Positions 1 through 9,477 of a DNA stretch of 64,000 bases are shown in pieces. This DNA is from Desulfomonilia bacterium. Its GTDB lineage: Bacteria; Desulfobacterota; Desulfomonilia; UBA1062. The stretch lies in assembly GCA_050014195.1 (NCBI GenBank), contig JBEKDT010000002.1:64001-128000 (forward strand). The letters are read 5' to 3'. A model generated the notes under the pieces. That model did no database searches. It saw only the letters and a program-made list of their open reading frames with translations, and was not told the origin of the DNA. The position numbers and the translations under genes are program-made. Each line of letters begins with the position of its first letter. Position 1 is the first letter of the stretch.

Positions 1-51
1 TTGCTTAGGATGACCGGCAAGCTAATTATTGCGAATATGAGCAAGGAGTAG
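1..51 (+). CDS. 3' end of a gene truncated by the window edge (LLRMTGKLIIANMSKE*); possibly the C-terminal helix of a Roadblock/LC7 (MglB-like) protein or an MglA-like GTPase
   Basis: Frame 1 is open to TAG at 49-51 and contains the AAGGAG RBS of the next gene. The amphipathic helix and DUF4388 context suggest these families; only 16 aa are visible. Confidence 0.35.
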   Translation: MLRMTGKLIIANMSKE

Positions 52-55
52 CAGT

Positions 56-862
56 ATGAAGCAGGATATCAGCGGCGATCTTCAGAACACCAGGTGCCCG
101 GAGATCATCAAGATCCTCTCCTTGGGCAAACGGACAGGGAGGCTCTACCTCACCAACGGATCCGAAGCCGGCAATATCTATTTCACAGACGGCGAGGTCA
201 TCCATGCCCAGTGCGGCTCCTTAAACGGCATTAAGGCCGTCCAGGAGATTGCAGTCTGGAACTCCGGCGAATATCGCTTCTTCGTTGATGAACCTGCAGA
301 CATGCAAACCGTAATCATGGGCATAGATGAGGTCCTCACGGAGACTACAAACCATCTGCGCCAGATGGACAAGATCACCTCCCTCATCACGTCCTCATCT
401 GCCGTTTATGCACTGGAGCCGGAAATCAGGGATAAGGAGATCCAGCTCAAGTCCATTCAGTGGAGGGTGTTGAGTACGATAGACGGTAAAAAATCCATTG
501 CAGACATAGCACAGAGCATAAACATCGGGGTCTCTGACACCATGAAGATACTTTACACCTTGCTTCGGATGGGGTTACTCCGTGATGCAGTCCAGCAGGA
601 TGCCAATGCGCAGCGCCGTTCGGTAGATCTTCCCCAGACCGACTTCATCAATTCCCTCAAACAAGCCCTCACTCAGGCTATGGGCCCCATAGCACCCCAT
701 ATCATTGTAGAGACGGCCGACGAGCTGAAGGCGGATCTCCTCTCCGACAGCACCGATCAGAAGGCATTCCTCATTGAGACGCTGTCCAGCAAAATACCTA
801 ATGAGAGAATGTCGTTGAAATTCTTAGATGCCATGACTGACTGGCTCAAAGCGGAGGTTTGA
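56..862 (+). CDS. DUF4388 (PatA_N-like) domain protein with winged HTH and C-terminal helical domain
   Basis: N-terminal ISGDL..PEIIKILSLGKRTGRLYL..GNIYFTDGEVIHA..G..A..EI..W..GEYRF; central QWRVLSTIDGKKSIADIA wHTH; C-terminal LTQAMGPIAP motif. Confidence 0.85.
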   Translation: MKQDISGDLQNTRCPEIIKILSLGKRTGRLYLTNGSEAGNIYFTDGEVIHAQCGSLNGIKAVQEIAVWNSGEYRFFVDEPADMQTVIMGIDEVLTETTNHLRQMDKITSLITSSSAVYALEPEIRDKEIQLKSIQWRVLSTIDGKKSIADIAQSINIGVSDTMKILYTLLRMGLLRDAVQQDANAQRRSVDLPQTDFINSLKQALTQAMGPIAPHIIVETADELKADLLSDSTDQKAFLIETLSSKIPNERMSLKFLDAMTDWLKAEV

Positions 863-868
863 TCTCCC

Positions 869-1618
869 ATGAAGATAAAGGTATTTTTAATTGTATGTAT
901 CGGCGCCGTAGTGATGTTGACCGTGTCATCCATTCTTGTCTACTCCCAGTTGCATGCCGTAAAGGGTGTAAATATGGCCCCACTGGCTGACTCTCTCTAT
1001 AAACAGGATTCCAAGGTGCTGACATGGATACTGTCCACGATTCCCCTTGAGAAGATTGAAACCTTGAAGCTGCCCGAATCTTGGGCTGAAATCTCTGTGG
1101 TGAATAACGGCGATCTCAAGCTCACCACCTCCACAAATCCGGCCCATAAAGGAATCGCCCTGTATAGCCATCCACAGCTTCTGGATCAGGGTTCGGGAAT
1201 AGTAAATGCAATTAAGTCGAAGAACCCGTCAATCTTGAGCCTCAAAGATTATATGGTAGTAATAGAACCCCTCAATGCCGAACAGTCCCTTATCGCCCTG
1301 AAGCCGAAGTCATGGGAAAACGGCCTGGTCTCGGAGTATGAAAGTCGTCTCAAGGAAACCACTTCAGGCTTCTATACGATGCTCGGCATCTTCTTAATCA
1401 TCGGAGTCTGCATAACAGTCTTCATAGCCTTTATAATCACCAGGATCGTTGTAGCACCGACTGACAATGCCCTCGATGCATTCGAGGCCTTGAGCCTGGG
1501 GGACTTCGACCATGGAATCAAGGACGTAAAAGGCAAGGAGATGGAGGCGTTCACAGAGTCGTATCTCCGGCTGAAAACATCTTTGGAAATGGCTCTCGAA
1601 AGGATATCGAGGAGATAG
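869..1618 (+). CDS. Membrane protein: TM - periplasmic (Cache-like) domain - TM - HAMP, with no output domain
   Basis: Two hydrophobic helices; the HAMP-like segment IVVAPTDNALDAFEALSLGDFD..KEMEAFTESYLRLK ends the protein. Confidence 0.75.
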   Translation: MKIKVFLIVCIGAVVMLTVSSILVYSQLHAVKGVNMAPLADSLYKQDSKVLTWILSTIPLEKIETLKLPESWAEISVVNNGDLKLTTSTNPAHKGIALYSHPQLLDQGSGIVNAIKSKNPSILSLKDYMVVIEPLNAEQSLIALKPKSWENGLVSEYESRLKETTSGFYTMLGIFLIIGVCITVFIAFIITRIVVAPTDNALDAFEALSLGDFDHGIKDVKGKEMEAFTESYLRLKTSLEMALERISRR

Positions 1619-1619
1619 C

Positions 1620-2690
1620 ATGCCCAAGCAGGTGCTCATCGTAGACGACGAAGAAACCCTGACCTGGTCACTTGCAAAATCGCTCTCACATGACCGTGAG
1701 ACCTATGAGGTGACTACCGTCAATGACGGCGAGACCGCGCTTGCCACCTTTGAAGATCAAACATTCGACGTTGTGGTGCTCGACATCAGGCTTCCCGGCA
1801 TAAGCGGTCTTGATGTGCTGGTGAAGATCAAGGAAAAGAAGCCTGCAACAAAGGTCATCATCATGACTGCCTATGGGTCTATTGATGTTAAGGAAAAGGC
1901 AAGGGCACGAGGGTCCTTGTTTTACATCGAGAAGCCCTTTGAGATCGAGCAAATGAGAGGGCTCATCCTTAAGGCCCTCAAAGAAGACGCTGCACGAGGG
2001 TTTGCAGGCAGCATCACCGGCCTGCAGCTCCCCGACCTTATCCAGATGAACTGCCTGAGCCAGATGACAACTGCCTTATTCGTGAATAAAGACGAGCGCA
2101 AAGGCTGCATCTATTTCGAAGACGGCCAGATCACCCATGCAGAGGTCGGAGCCATCGATGGTGAGGAAGCACTCTTCACTATCCTGTCTTGGTCCACAGG
2201 GAGCTTTAAGTTCATGGGCGGCATGAAGGCCCCCAGAAACACTATCGCAACAAACTGGGAATACCTCCTCATCGAGGGTATGCGCCGTGCCGACGAGATG
2301 AGTCTCGCCTTGGAACGTGGAGAAATAGAGGACAGCGACTTCGCACCAGTGGATGAATCTACGCGTGCGCTCGTGAAAAATCTCTCCTCTTTGAATGAGT
2401 GCACCGGCATCGCTATAGTAAAATCCGCTCAGGAAATCCTCTACCAGAGCGGCAACATATCAAAAGAGGTTAATTTATCTTTTGTAGCGAAGTTCTATAT
2501 GAATCTCCCCGAGGCACTGGGTGACCTCAGCCCCAACAGACCAAAGAAGGTGACCTTTATCGATCAGGGCAGGCTTGTATTGCTGTTCCCCTTCAAGATC
2601 TTCGTCCTGATCCTGCTCATCAACAGGTCCGTAATCTCGCAGGAGACCTCATCGGCCATAGAAAGGCTGATCGCACGGTATGAGGTTTAA
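1620..2690 (+). CDS. Response regulator: REC + DUF4388 + C-terminal Roadblock/profilin-like domain
   Basis: VLIVDDE, VVLDIRLPG (phospho-Asp), MTAYG, KPF; FAGSITGLQLPDLIQMNC..GCIYFEDGQITHA DUF4388; C-terminal alpha/beta domain. Confidence 0.88.
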   Translation: MPKQVLIVDDEETLTWSLAKSLSHDRETYEVTTVNDGETALATFEDQTFDVVVLDIRLPGISGLDVLVKIKEKKPATKVIIMTAYGSIDVKEKARARGSLFYIEKPFEIEQMRGLILKALKEDAARGFAGSITGLQLPDLIQMNCLSQMTTALFVNKDERKGCIYFEDGQITHAEVGAIDGEEALFTILSWSTGSFKFMGGMKAPRNTIATNWEYLLIEGMRRADEMSLALERGEIEDSDFAPVDESTRALVKNLSSLNECTGIAIVKSAQEILYQSGNISKEVNLSFVAKFYMNLPEALGDLSPNRPKKVTFIDQGRLVLLFPFKIFVLILLINRSVISQETSSAIERLIARYEV

Positions 2691-3206
2691 GGTCTCAAGT
2701 CCTTCCAGATCTCCATTACAATTCTTCGCTATGATCTCCTCGATGTGCAGGCATGTCTGATGATGCATCAATATCCGTTCACGTCTTGAATCGTCCGTGC
2801 CGTATCTGTCCATGAGATCCAAAAATCTCCGCGTGAGAGAGACGACCCTGTCATGCATCACCCGCTTATCAGCGTAGTTGACAACCATGGCTTCGTCCAG
2901 ATCATATGAATCAAGCCTGACATGCTGGGCCACCACCTCACCTACACGGTAGAAGCCCTCGGCACACAAGAGTTCTTTGGCTATAAGCGCATGATCTTTG
3001 ATGGTCCCGATGCATTCCATCTTGCATATGTCATGGAGCAGCGATGCCCTATCCACAAGGTAAAGGTCTATTTCATGGCCGGATGTATTAAGCCGGCTTC
3101 CGATAACAAGGGCCACACGTCTCACCATGAGAGAATGACGAAGTACATGATCCGGCATACGACATGCTTCGATGATCCTCCACGCTTCATCATATGAGGG
3201 AATCAC
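2649..3206 (-). CDS. HD/HDIG domain metal-dependent phosphohydrolase
   Basis: RHSLMV..LLHDICK..DHA..QHV..YADKRV motifs. Confidence 0.85.
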   Translation of the reverse strand: MIPSYDEAWRIIEACRMPDHVLRHSLMVRRVALVIGSRLNTSGHEIDLYLVDRASLLHDICKMECIGTIKDHALIAKELLCAEGFYRVGEVVAQHVRLDSYDLDEAMVVNYADKRVMHDRVVSLTRRFLDLMDRYGTDDSRRERILMHHQTCLHIEEIIAKNCNGDLEGLETLNLIPCDQPFYGR

Positions 3207-5308
3207 TTTGAAGTTGTCCCCGTTGTAGGAGTGTTTGCATTAAAGACATCACCTATACCGAGGAGTTTCACATTCAATGACCATGTGGTCTTCCTGGGCA
3301 TCAGATTCTGGCTTAGCTCAACACGCCTTTCAGCTACAATGGCCCAGCACTGCGAGTTATAACTTAAGGCCTGTGTCTGGTCATCAATCTGATGGTTAAC
3401 AGAGTCGTACTTCACATCATACCCGGCAGTAAGACCCTGAACCAGTTTTGCATGAATTCCTGAGGTGATGAGCTCTTCAGCCGGATTATTATATTCTTCA
3501 CCGAAGGAAAACGTATCGCCCCGCGTATCAGTGAACGTGATTGCCGATGAGTGCTCTGAAGTAGCAAAAGGCCTGCCCGGCTCCTTGCTCAATGTATCGA
3601 TATGGGATGCGGTCAGCCATGGGAAGGGATGGAGGTTTATTCTGACATCGATCTCGTTCCATTGCTTCTCGATATGGCTGTAATAGCTGTCCACGGTCAC
3701 ATCCGCCAAGGACAGGCCGTCCTTGTTTCTGATGTAGTTGGACAAGCTTAAGACCGTGTTGTATGTTTTAGCCAGGTCATCACCTGTCAGGAGCTGAGGG
3801 AATGTATCACCAGGGTTATTCGCATTATAATTGCCCCCCAAACGCGACAGGTATACCAGAGAGATCTGGGGTATAACCTGATGATATAAGCCGCTGCCGA
3901 ACCTTGAGCTGTAGAATGTTGTAGATAGTGAAGCCCCCCTCTCCTCCCAGTTCTCGGCATATGTTGAATCGCTGAAAAGGTCTTTTCTCTCGGAGAATAC
4001 CGTATCGCGATAGGTTTCCTTCATATACGGCCTGAAGGTAAAATAGGGGAATACATAGAAAGGCCATGATACTTCAATCTGGCCGTTGTCCTTGCGGGCC
4101 TCTATCGAATCCTGTGTGTAGAGGCTTACGGATGTGAACTCTGCTGAGGTCTGCAGCGGAGTATCTGGTATGGCCCGTTCCCTCATCCTTGCCGTCAATC
4201 TGGGCAGCTCCTGGAGGGTTTTGCCGTTGTCATCCTGGGTCAAATCCTGTTTCCATTGACCCGATAAGGCAAGTGAAATTCCTTGATAAGAATTCACCCA
4301 CTGGACACGGGAAATAAGCACATCCAGTTTCGAATCATCGAGCTGATTAATCTCACCGGAAGATGTCCCCGGGTTTATGAATTTAGAATCGTAAAATGTC
4401 CCGATATCCCTGAAGTAGTCTGGATTGCTTACGAGATTAATATCCCAGTTCAAAAACTTCCCGCTCTGTTCTGACTTGAAAAACCACCTGTCATCCGGTA
4501 TCGTTTTAAGGACACCTCCATCACTTTTTTCTCCTCCCAGTCTGTCATGAAGGGTCTCCAGATACATGATACCGTTCTGATCATAGTCGAGACTGTACCT
4601 CAATTCGTTTTTCATGAGCAGGCCGCGCGTAGAGAGCCATGTCGGGGTAATGGTGGCATCAAGTGACCTGCCAAGCACGATATATACAGGGACGCCGAAG
4701 CGATAGCCGTAATCGGAACCATGGCCCATCTCGGAGAAAAGCAGGCCGGAGTGGCGGTTAAGCTCGGCAGGGAATAACAGGTACGGGCTCTTGAACAAGG
4801 TCCATTCGTGGACCTTGAACCGTGCATCCTTCGCATCTCCATATCCCCCCACGGGTATATCGAGCTCATCCGCATCAATGGACCAGTCAGGCGGGCTCCC
4901 AAGACAATTTGTATACTCAACGGATCGTCCGGTAATGTAATCGTCGCTATAACGGGTAATGGACTCTCCGGAGATCTTCACAGCCGGCTTATAACCGAGT
5001 ATTGACCCATTTTGAACATGCAGGTCTTTTCTCTTGGCATTATAAGACAGGGCTTCCGAATTGACCTCGCCCTTTGCCTCCTTCAGGTTGCAATTACCCG
5101 TGGCCCAGATGTCCTCACTTACGGTATCATAGACAACATAATCGGCCTTTAAAGTGAGATCATCGCCTGTAACCACCACGTTCCCATAGGCCTCGATGCG
5201 TGGACCGGTCCTGAACATCTCATCAGCCTCTACGTCAAGCATCTTGGCATAAGCGAGCCCATAAAGAGAAAACAAGATTAGGGCAATCAGGAAGACCAGC
5301 CTCTGCAT
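3203..5308 (-). CDS. lptD: LPS-assembly protein LptD
   Basis: Signal peptide from ATG 5308; N-terminal OstA-like beta-jellyroll (YTNC..PDWSI), C-terminal barrel with YNSQCWAI; downstream of folC. Confidence 0.85.
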   Translation of the reverse strand: MQRLVFLIALILFSLYGLAYAKMLDVEADEMFRTGPRIEAYGNVVVTGDDLTLKADYVVYDTVSEDIWATGNCNLKEAKGEVNSEALSYNAKRKDLHVQNGSILGYKPAVKISGESITRYSDDYITGRSVEYTNCLGSPPDWSIDADELDIPVGGYGDAKDARFKVHEWTLFKSPYLLFPAELNRHSGLLFSEMGHGSDYGYRFGVPVYIVLGRSLDATITPTWLSTRGLLMKNELRYSLDYDQNGIMYLETLHDRLGGEKSDGGVLKTIPDDRWFFKSEQSGKFLNWDINLVSNPDYFRDIGTFYDSKFINPGTSSGEINQLDDSKLDVLISRVQWVNSYQGISLALSGQWKQDLTQDDNGKTLQELPRLTARMRERAIPDTPLQTSAEFTSVSLYTQDSIEARKDNGQIEVSWPFYVFPYFTFRPYMKETYRDTVFSERKDLFSDSTYAENWEERGASLSTTFYSSRFGSGLYHQVIPQISLVYLSRLGGNYNANNPGDTFPQLLTGDDLAKTYNTVLSLSNYIRNKDGLSLADVTVDSYYSHIEKQWNEIDVRINLHPFPWLTASHIDTLSKEPGRPFATSEHSSAITFTDTRGDTFSFGEEYNNPAEELITSGIHAKLVQGLTAGYDVKYDSVNHQIDDQTQALSYNSQCWAIVAERRVELSQNLMPRKTTWSLNVKLLGIGDVFNANTPTTGTTSK

Positions 5309-6441
5309 ACGAGATATTCCCTCACCTCTCCCACTGTATAGAATGAGCCCGTGATCACGATGGCGCACCCGGTCTGTAGCGCCTCAAAAAAGGCCTGCAT
5401 GATGCTTCTGCACACGGTGATGCAGCCAAGGGCCTCCACACGCCTCAACTCGGGCTCTCCCCACGATCTCGGCGATTGCACCGGGGCTATGAAGAGGTGT
5501 GAGCATACTTCTTTCAGGGTTGTGGCAATCTTCAGGTAGTCCTTGTCTGCAAGGATACCCACTACTGCTACCCCATCAAAGCCGCAATTCTTCAGGTGCT
5601 CCACAAGAACTAGCATAGATGATGGATTGTGCGCCACATCCATGATAATACGCCTGCCTACCTTCTCAATCCTGCCCGGGAGGAAAGATGTCATGAGTGC
5701 ATGGTTGAGTCCGGTATCATCAGGATATGCACCGAGGATATGTGCAGCCTTCAGTGCCAGCGCCGCATTCATCCCTTGTGGCGCCCCGGCCTGTGCCACA
5801 GGGAGGATAACCGGATCTTGCACCTCATGCAGAACCGTCCCGATAGAGCGTGCATGTTTCCTGATCAATTCAAGGGCTTCACCTGTGGATGATGTAAGAA
5901 GGGGCCTTCCGGGCCTGGCAATCTGGGCCTTTTCCCGGGCGATGGCGGTAATGGTATCACCGAGATAGTCCGTGTGGTCGATGGATATCTCGGTGATAAG
6001 TGATACGGCCGGGTTCAGGGCATTGGATGCATCATACCTTCCGCCAAGCCCGACCTCAAAGATGCCCACATCGACCTTGCGCCGCTCGAACAACGCTGCA
6101 GCAAGTATCACACACCACTCGAAATAGGTAAGCCCCAGATCGCTTAGCTTGGGCTCCAATCCTTCGCGCAACCTTTTCAGCTCCGATGTGTTCGTCTCGA
6201 TCCCATTGATTCTGAATCGTTCCGTGAACCTGCTTACATGGGGAGACATGGTAGTACCGACGCTGCGGCCTGTGCTCATGAGGATTCTTTCTAGATAGGA
6301 GCAGGTGGATCCTTTTCCGTTCGTCCCTGCTACAAGTACATGGGGATAGGATTGTTCAGGATGATCGAGAATATCAAGGGCCCTTCTTACCCTTTCAAGT
6401 CCCAATGACCACTTGTACTGGTCCAGTCCTAAGAGAACCAT
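5287..6441 (-). CDS. folC: Folylpolyglutamate synthase/dihydrofolate synthase
   Basis: VAGTNGKGST, SPH, TYFE, EVGLGGRYDASN, DHTDYLG, DVAHNP, GSFY motifs. Confidence 0.95.
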   Translation of the reverse strand: MVLLGLDQYKWSLGLERVRRALDILDHPEQSYPHVLVAGTNGKGSTCSYLERILMSTGRSVGTTMSPHVSRFTERFRINGIETNTSELKRLREGLEPKLSDLGLTYFEWCVILAAALFERRKVDVGIFEVGLGGRYDASNALNPAVSLITEISIDHTDYLGDTITAIAREKAQIARPGRPLLTSSTGEALELIRKHARSIGTVLHEVQDPVILPVAQAGAPQGMNAALALKAAHILGAYPDDTGLNHALMTSFLPGRIEKVGRRIIMDVAHNPSSMLVLVEHLKNCGFDGVAVVGILADKDYLKIATTLKEVCSHLFIAPVQSPRSWGEPELRRVEALGCITVCRSIMQAFFEALQTGCAIVITGSFYTVGEVREYLVCRGWSS

Positions 6442-7178
6442 TTCAGGAAGAAGGCAATGACTTCGCGCATCCGGTGCCTGTGTACGATCATGTCGATGAA
6501 CCCGTTCGCCATCAACCTGAGGGCATCCTGGAAGTCAGGAGGCAAGGTGCAGTTCATGGTAGCTTCTATGACTCGCGGCCCTGCAAAACCTATCCGAGCG
6601 CCCGGCTCTGCAAGCATTATATCCGCAAGCCCTGCAAAGCTTGCACTTACACCACCGGTTGTAGGGTCGGTGAAGATGGTGATCATGGGAACATCCTGGG
6701 TCGACGTCCTGGCATTGACCGTGCGAAGCATCTGAAGAAGCCCCCAGATACCCTCCTGTACACGTACACCGCCCGAGGCGCAAAAAACAACCAGGGGAAT
6801 CTGTTTGCGCTGGGCGTTATGCATCATATCCACAACGGCCTGACCGACAATCACACCCATGGACCCGCCTTTGAAGGAAAAATCCATTACCCCGAGGACA
6901 CAAGGCTGACCGAGAATCGTAGCCCTTCCGTATTTAAGCGCATCATCGGAAGCAGGGGTGATCTCTTCTGCACGTACAGGAGCGGCCTCAATCTCCACAA
7001 ATGACCCCTCATCGCACACAAGCGCGATCCTGTCCTTTGCGTTCATGCGGAAATGATGGTCGCAGTGCGGGCAGACCCACTTATTCTCCACGAGTTTGGA
7101 TGTGATGATGATCTCGGAGCAGGAGGGGCATTCGGACCATCTCCCGTCCTTTTTGGCTATATCTAAGACTTCGGTCAA
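6429..7178 (-). CDS. accD: Acetyl-CoA carboxylase carboxyltransferase beta subunit
   Basis: C4 zinc finger (CPSC..CPHC), GGSMG, SGGVRVQEG, DPTTGGVSASF, IGFAGPRVIE; TTG start. Confidence 0.93.
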   Translation of the reverse strand: MTEVLDIAKKDGRWSECPSCSEIIITSKLVENKWVCPHCDHHFRMNAKDRIALVCDEGSFVEIEAAPVRAEEITPASDDALKYGRATILGQPCVLGVMDFSFKGGSMGVIVGQAVVDMMHNAQRKQIPLVVFCASGGVRVQEGIWGLLQMLRTVNARTSTQDVPMITIFTDPTTGGVSASFAGLADIMLAEPGARIGFAGPRVIEATMNCTLPPDFQDALRLMANGFIDMIVHRHRMREVIAFFLKWFS

Positions 7179-7924
7179 ATGGTGATTACCTCCCCCCCTC
7201 GGATATACTCAAAACTTTTGGGCAGCTCTGCTACGACCTCTTCCATATGCTTGGGCTTGATATGGTAGATGATCATCCGGGTGGAGGGGGAAAGGGCCCC
7301 GTTGAGGCCTTTCACGATCAGTTCGGGAGTCAGGTGTTGGGTGATTGAAGCGATTTTGCCCATTGAGCTTGGGAAGGATGCCTCGATAAAGCATGCCTTC
7401 AGGTCGGAGCCGAGAGATTTGATGAGATCGAAGAGCCCCTGATGGAATCCGGTATCCCCGGTGAACAGGGCATACCTTCCGTCTTCACCGATCACATAGC
7501 CGAGTGAGCCTTCGATATGGTTCTCTGCAAAGGTCTTTACACGGATGCCGTCAAGGTCGAACCAGTCATCAGGAACATGCTCAAGGCTTAAGAACGAGCT
7601 GTCGACATCGAGCTCTGCCATATCAGGCCAGATAAGCCCGTTAAAGATATGGGTCTGTAGGGCCTCGATGGTGGTCCGGCTGCCCATGACTCGAATTCCA
7701 TGGGTATGTGACGAGAAGAGGGCGTCTACCAAGAATGGAAGCTCCTTGATGTGATCGATGTGCGGGTGTGTGATCAGTACGTTCCTGATCCCCACCAGCT
7801 TGCTCTCGGGGAGCACTGATACGACAGATCCTGCATCGATCAGGATCTTGCCGTTGATCAGGATGCTGGTTGTATTGTAACCCTGCATCATTGATCCGCT
7901 GCAGCCGAGTATTTCGATCTTCAT
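7175..7924 (-). CDS. Class II 3',5'-cyclic-nucleotide phosphodiesterase / MBL-fold hydrolase
   Basis: ILGCSG, LIDAG, THPHIDHIK, HIFNGLIWPD, TGDT, HLTP, YHIKP. Confidence 0.85.
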   Translation of the reverse strand: MKIEILGCSGSMMQGYNTTSILINGKILIDAGSVVSVLPESKLVGIRNVLITHPHIDHIKELPFLVDALFSSHTHGIRVMGSRTTIEALQTHIFNGLIWPDMAELDVDSSFLSLEHVPDDWFDLDGIRVKTFAENHIEGSLGYVIGEDGRYALFTGDTGFHQGLFDLIKSLGSDLKACFIEASFPSSMGKIASITQHLTPELIVKGLNGALSPSTRMIIYHIKPKHMEEVVAELPKSFEYIRGGEVITI

Positions 7925-7953
7925 CTACTCTGGTACCCTTACCTCAAACAATG

Positions 7954-7969
7954 TGCATTTTCCACACCA
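7954..7969 (-). promoter_or_regulatory. Putative sigma-54 (-24/-12) promoter
   Basis: Minus strand TGGTGTGGAAAATGCA (GG-N10-GC), 30 nt upstream of the phosphodiesterase ATG. Confidence 0.5.
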
Positions 7970-8118
7970 TTGTTCGAACTGATTTCCTCTCTCTTCGGTT
8001 TTTATGAGCTGCAACTGAAATTGATTACATTTAATCAGGACTTTTCGATAGCCTCAGAGACGAGGGCTTTCTATCTTTGCATTGATGAGAGAATCGGTTG
8101 TGGGCAATAACCCTATAT

Positions 8119-9177
8119 TCAACTGTCGCCCTTCGTGAACTTCTTGGCTATGGTGCTTACCTGTTGTGAAAAGGCCCTGTGGCACACGAGGATGGAATCA
8201 GGGCCTTCCACCACAACCAGGTCATTCACGCCGATGAGAACGATGTGCTTGTCCGTAGACCATATCACATTACTCTCGGCGTTGATGAGCTCCGCTGAAC
8301 CTCGAACGGTATTCCCCTTTGCATCTGTGGCGAAGAGATTACCCATTGCATCCCAGCTGCCAACATCACTCCAGCCGAAGTCTACCGGGATCACGGCCAC
8401 CCGATTTGCCTTTTCCATAATACCATAGTCTATGGAGACCATGGGGGCTGCCTGATAGAAACGCTCGATGCAGTCAGGATCGATGTCAAGACAAGACTTG
8501 AGTTTCATAAGCTCATCGTAGAGATCAACCATATGACGCGAGAACATGTCGAGAATGGTGTCCACCCGCCAGAGGAACATACCCGCGTTCCACAGGTAAC
8601 CGCTCTTGAGATACTGCTCGGCAAGGATACGGGCAGGTTTTTCATGAAAAGACTTTACCCTCTTGAGGGTAAGGCCGCCCTGGCTGAGGAGAACCACCTC
8701 GGGTGCTATATATCCGTAACCGGTCTCCGGCCTTTCTGGAACAACACCCAGGGTAATAAGGAGATCAGCGTGCGACTCTAGTGCCTTGGTCCCGAAGAGT
8801 ATGGCTTCTTTCAGTTTCGCAGGTTCACGGATGAGGTGATCTGATGGGAACACTGTCATTATGGCTTCAGGGTCCTTCTTCGCGATGACCACCGCCGCAT
8901 ACCCGATGCACGGGGCGGTATTGCGCCCGACCGGTTCGGCAAGGATATTGGCCCGGGGTATCTCGGGCAGCTCTTCCGCAACCTTTGAAGCCAGGTTCTT
9001 TGAGGTGACCACATAGATATTTTCAGGAGGCGCCATATCCACGGATCGTTCAAACGTAGCCCTCAACAAGCTCTTGTTACCCTCAAACGGGATAAGCTGC
9101 TTCGGCATTTCAGCAGATGATACCGGCCACAGCCGCTCCCCCTTGCCCCCCGCCATGATCACGACTTGTAGAGCCAT
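8119..9177 (-). CDS. manC: Mannose-1-phosphate guanylyltransferase
   Basis: MAGGKGERLWPVS..PKQ, EPVGRNTAPCI, PSDH, ETGYGYI, FHEKP, WNAGMF, SIDYGIME, WSDVGSW. Confidence 0.93.
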   Translation of the reverse strand: MALQVVIMAGGKGERLWPVSSAEMPKQLIPFEGNKSLLRATFERSVDMAPPENIYVVTSKNLASKVAEELPEIPRANILAEPVGRNTAPCIGYAAVVIAKKDPEAIMTVFPSDHLIREPAKLKEAILFGTKALESHADLLITLGVVPERPETGYGYIAPEVVLLSQGGLTLKRVKSFHEKPARILAEQYLKSGYLWNAGMFLWRVDTILDMFSRHMVDLYDELMKLKSCLDIDPDCIERFYQAAPMVSIDYGIMEKANRVAVIPVDFGWSDVGSWDAMGNLFATDAKGNTVRGSAELINAESNVIWSTDKHIVLIGVNDLVVVEGPDSILVCHRAFSQQVSTIAKKFTKGDS

Positions 9178-9305
9178 AGTGTCCCTCCTCTATCCACTAT
9201 CGGAATCCGTATATTCGTAACTGTAGAATTGGATCGTTATACTCCAAAAAGTGTTCAGAATGTAGTGACGAGTTGATCATAGAGTGACTGCAATGAAAAC
9301 TAACC

Positions 9306-9362
9306 GTAGGAGCGCCTTCAGCCGCGACACTATGGCCAGGTCGCGCCTGAAGGCGCTCCTAC
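9306..9362. repeat. GTAG-type REP doublet (REPIN-like inverted pair)
   Basis: GTAGGAGCGCCTTCAGCCGCGAC (9306-9328) and its inverted copy (9340-9362) match at 22/23; related copies at 47564 and 61001-61138. Confidence 0.85.
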
Positions 9363-9477
9363 AAAATATTTAAAGATATCGGAGGGGATCTATTCGATTC
9401 TCAATTTACCTTGCTTGCATCAGGCAGGCTTAAGGATATATAACCCATACATTCGCAACCATATCCGGAGGAATACT

